From assembly GCA_963760795.1 (NCBI GenBank), contig CAVXEP010000032.1, positions 320,001 through 384,000 on the forward strand: a stretch of DNA of 64,000 nt, given 5' to 3'. The stretch's first letter is position 1. Each line of letters begins with the position of its first letter. Position numbers and translations under genes: made by a program. Under the pieces are notes generated by a model. The model was not told where the DNA came from. It searched no databases and saw only the letters and a program-made list of their open reading frames with translations. This DNA is from an uncultured delta proteobacterium. GTDB taxonomy: Bacteria; Desulfobacterota; Binatia; UBA9968. Of the stretch, positions 62,490 to 64,000 are shown piece after piece.

Positions 62490-63320
62490 TTAAAACTGCC
62501 GCGATGATTCGGCAAGTTCATTTACGAAGTGCTCCGTGCCAAATGGACTTCTATTGGTGCGAGGCTTGCCGGTCATGGGGACAAATCGCACGGGAAGCGT
62601 CCTTAGCGTCTCCATCCCCGTCGCGGTGCGCCGAAGGATGAGCAGTTCCTGAACGCCGGTGCCGACCGGGATCGCCATCAAGCCGCCGACCTTTAGTTGT
62701 TGCACCAGGGCCGCCGGCACTTCGTCCGGCGCCGCCGTCACCATGATGCGGTCGTACGGCGCATGTTCAGGCCAGCCGAGGTAGCCGTTGCCGGTGCGGA
62801 TGTTGATGTTGCGATAGCCGAGGCTCGTGAGTATCTGACGCGCCCGCTCCGCCAACGGCGCGACGATCTCGATGGTGTACACTTGCTTCGCCAGTGCGCC
62901 GAGCACTGCCGCCTGATAGCCGGATCCAGTGCCGATCTCAAGCACGCGATGACCGGGCTCGATGTCCAGCTCCTGAGTCATGAAGGCAACGATATAGGGT
63001 TGGGAGATCGTCTGACCATGGCCGATTGGCAGGGGAGTGTCGCTGTAAGCGCGGTTCCGTTCGGGTTCCGGAACGAACAGATGGCGCGGCACAGTGCGCA
63101 TAACGTCGAGCACCCGCGCCTGGCGGATGTCGCGCGCGCGAAGTTGCACTTCCACCATGCGCCGGCGCTCCGTGTTCCAGTCCCGCGAACCGAGCAGGGC
63201 CTCGCTGCCAGCGCAACTGGCGACGATAACCAGGTTGGCTAGGAAGAGCGTGGCGCGCCAGGCAAAATTGCGCGCGGCGATTACATCGGTTCGGCGCATC
63301 TTACTTTTAAAAATTAGCAT
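62490..63320 (-). CDS. pcm: Protein-L-isoaspartate O-methyltransferase
   Basis: VPRHLFVP, GQTISQPY, VLEIGTGSGYQAA, APYDRIMVTAA, VRFVPM; start uncertain. Confidence 0.95.
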   Translation of the reverse strand: MLIFKSKMRRTDVIAARNFAWRATLFLANLVIVASCAGSEALLGSRDWNTERRRMVEVQLRARDIRQARVLDVMRTVPRHLFVPEPERNRAYSDTPLPIGHGQTISQPYIVAFMTQELDIEPGHRVLEIGTGSGYQAAVLGALAKQVYTIEIVAPLAERARQILTSLGYRNINIRTGNGYLGWPEHAPYDRIMVTAAPDEVPAALVQQLKVGGLMAIPVGTGVQELLILRRTATGMETLRTLPVRFVPMTGKPRTNRSPFGTEHFVNELAESSRQF

Positions 63321-63474
63321 GCCATCAGGTTCCTGTGATTGAAAGTAGCACGTTTAGAGCCGTTACCAGGCCACAGCGGAATGGCGAAGGTGCCGGAGTC
63401 GTTGAGCGTAGACTAGCTGCGTGAGCAATTGGGCAAGAACCGGCGGACGGCGAAAGCCCGCGCTCCTTATTACT

Positions 63475-64000
63475 TCAGCAACATGGCAACGGATTCTCGA
63501 TCAAGTTGTAGACATGATCGAAATTCACGTCGTTGATGCGCGCGAGGATTTTGAAGGTGCGCGGCGGTTCGTTTTTTAGGAAAACCATCAGGGCGGTTTC
63601 CACCGGTGGGCAGCCGGCTTTGACGCAGGGGACTTCTTTGACGACGATCGGCAGGTCGGCAGGAAATTCCAGAATGGTTTGCACCCAATAGCGAATTTGA
63701 TCGAGGGTGAATTTAGAAACATCTTGCTTTTTGCCGTAGGGATCGACGTCATCGGACGAGGCGTATTCGCCGTCGGTGGTAATGCAGTTCATGAAGCCTT
63801 GGGTGATTTTTTCTTTATTCAAATTGCGGCCGATGAAGACCAATCGATTGATCCGCTCTTCGGTTTCCGCCCAGGCCCTTCCAGGGCGGCCTTCGAACAG
63901 CAAGTGGACGCCCTGGAAGACGAATTGATCGGGGTCTTTGCGTAGATTAAGAATTCCCTTCATGCGCATGATCCGTTCGCCGAATTCACCGATCAGCTCG
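63475..64000 (-). CDS. CobW/COG0523 GTPase C-terminal domain with extra Cys-rich tail (5' part outside window)
   Basis: RMKGIL...FVFQGVH...RINRLVFIGRNL is CobW_C; followed by about 90 further residues. Confidence 0.85.
   Translation of the reverse strand, partial: ELIGEFGERIMRMKGILNLRKDPDQFVFQGVHLLFEGRPGRAWAETEERINRLVFIGRNLNKEKITQGFMNCITTDGEYASSDDVDPYGKKQDVSKFTLDQIRYWVQTILEFPADLPIVVKEVPCVKAGCPPVETALMVFLKNEPPRTFKILARINDVNFDHVYNLIENPLPCC

Noticed and set aside
2834-63242. Numerous long antisense or overlapping ORFs (e.g. 2834..3688, 4694..5623, 33575..34531, 37175..38110, 41256..42122)
   Set aside because: They shadow well-supported genes in GC-rich DNA and show no recognisable motifs.
1-64000. 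tRNA, rRNA, riboswitch or prophage genes
   Set aside because: None recognised by eye; a covariance-model search (Infernal/Rfam, tRNAscan-SE) would be needed to exclude short ncRNAs.

Overview
64-kb bacterial window, mostly GC-rich by eye (roughly 55-60%, not computed). Gene content and order suggest a deltaproteobacterium-like lineage, possibly Candidatus Binatia/Desulfobacterota_B (inference only). It has four parts. (1) A complete cytochrome c maturation system I operon, ccmABCDEFG plus a fused ccmH/I (4.6-11.5 kb, minus strand). (2) A long housekeeping run: icd-mdh-sucCD-ndk-rlmN-mtnP-pfkB-GT2-ugd-UDP-GlcA decarboxylase-epimerase-lepA-lepB, followed by a full-length Lhr helicase. (3) A catabolic patchwork: orphan Mo-hydroxylase large subunit, UbiD plus a racemase-fold protein, NHL protein, sulfatase, paired acyl-CoA dehydrogenases, RavA/ViaA-like pair, paired phytoene-dehydrogenase-like flavoproteins, an SDR and three orphan solute-binding proteins. 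(4) A lower-GC accessory island (about 56.3-62.5 kb) of glycosyl- and methyltransferase genes interleaved with IS91/ISCR debris. Many genes carry single-base frameshifts, most simply long-read assembly errors. The most striking non-gene signals are: three copies of an IS91/ISCR origin-proximal segment carrying an outward sigma70-like promoter, two of them directly upstream of island genes; more than a dozen period-7/9 microsatellite hairpins at gene junctions, with one arm translated in frame inside Lhr; a triple-nested REP/MITE/hairpin structure; a 180-bp IS200-type miniature element; and a dif-like 28-mer. No rRNA, tRNA or CRISPR array was seen.
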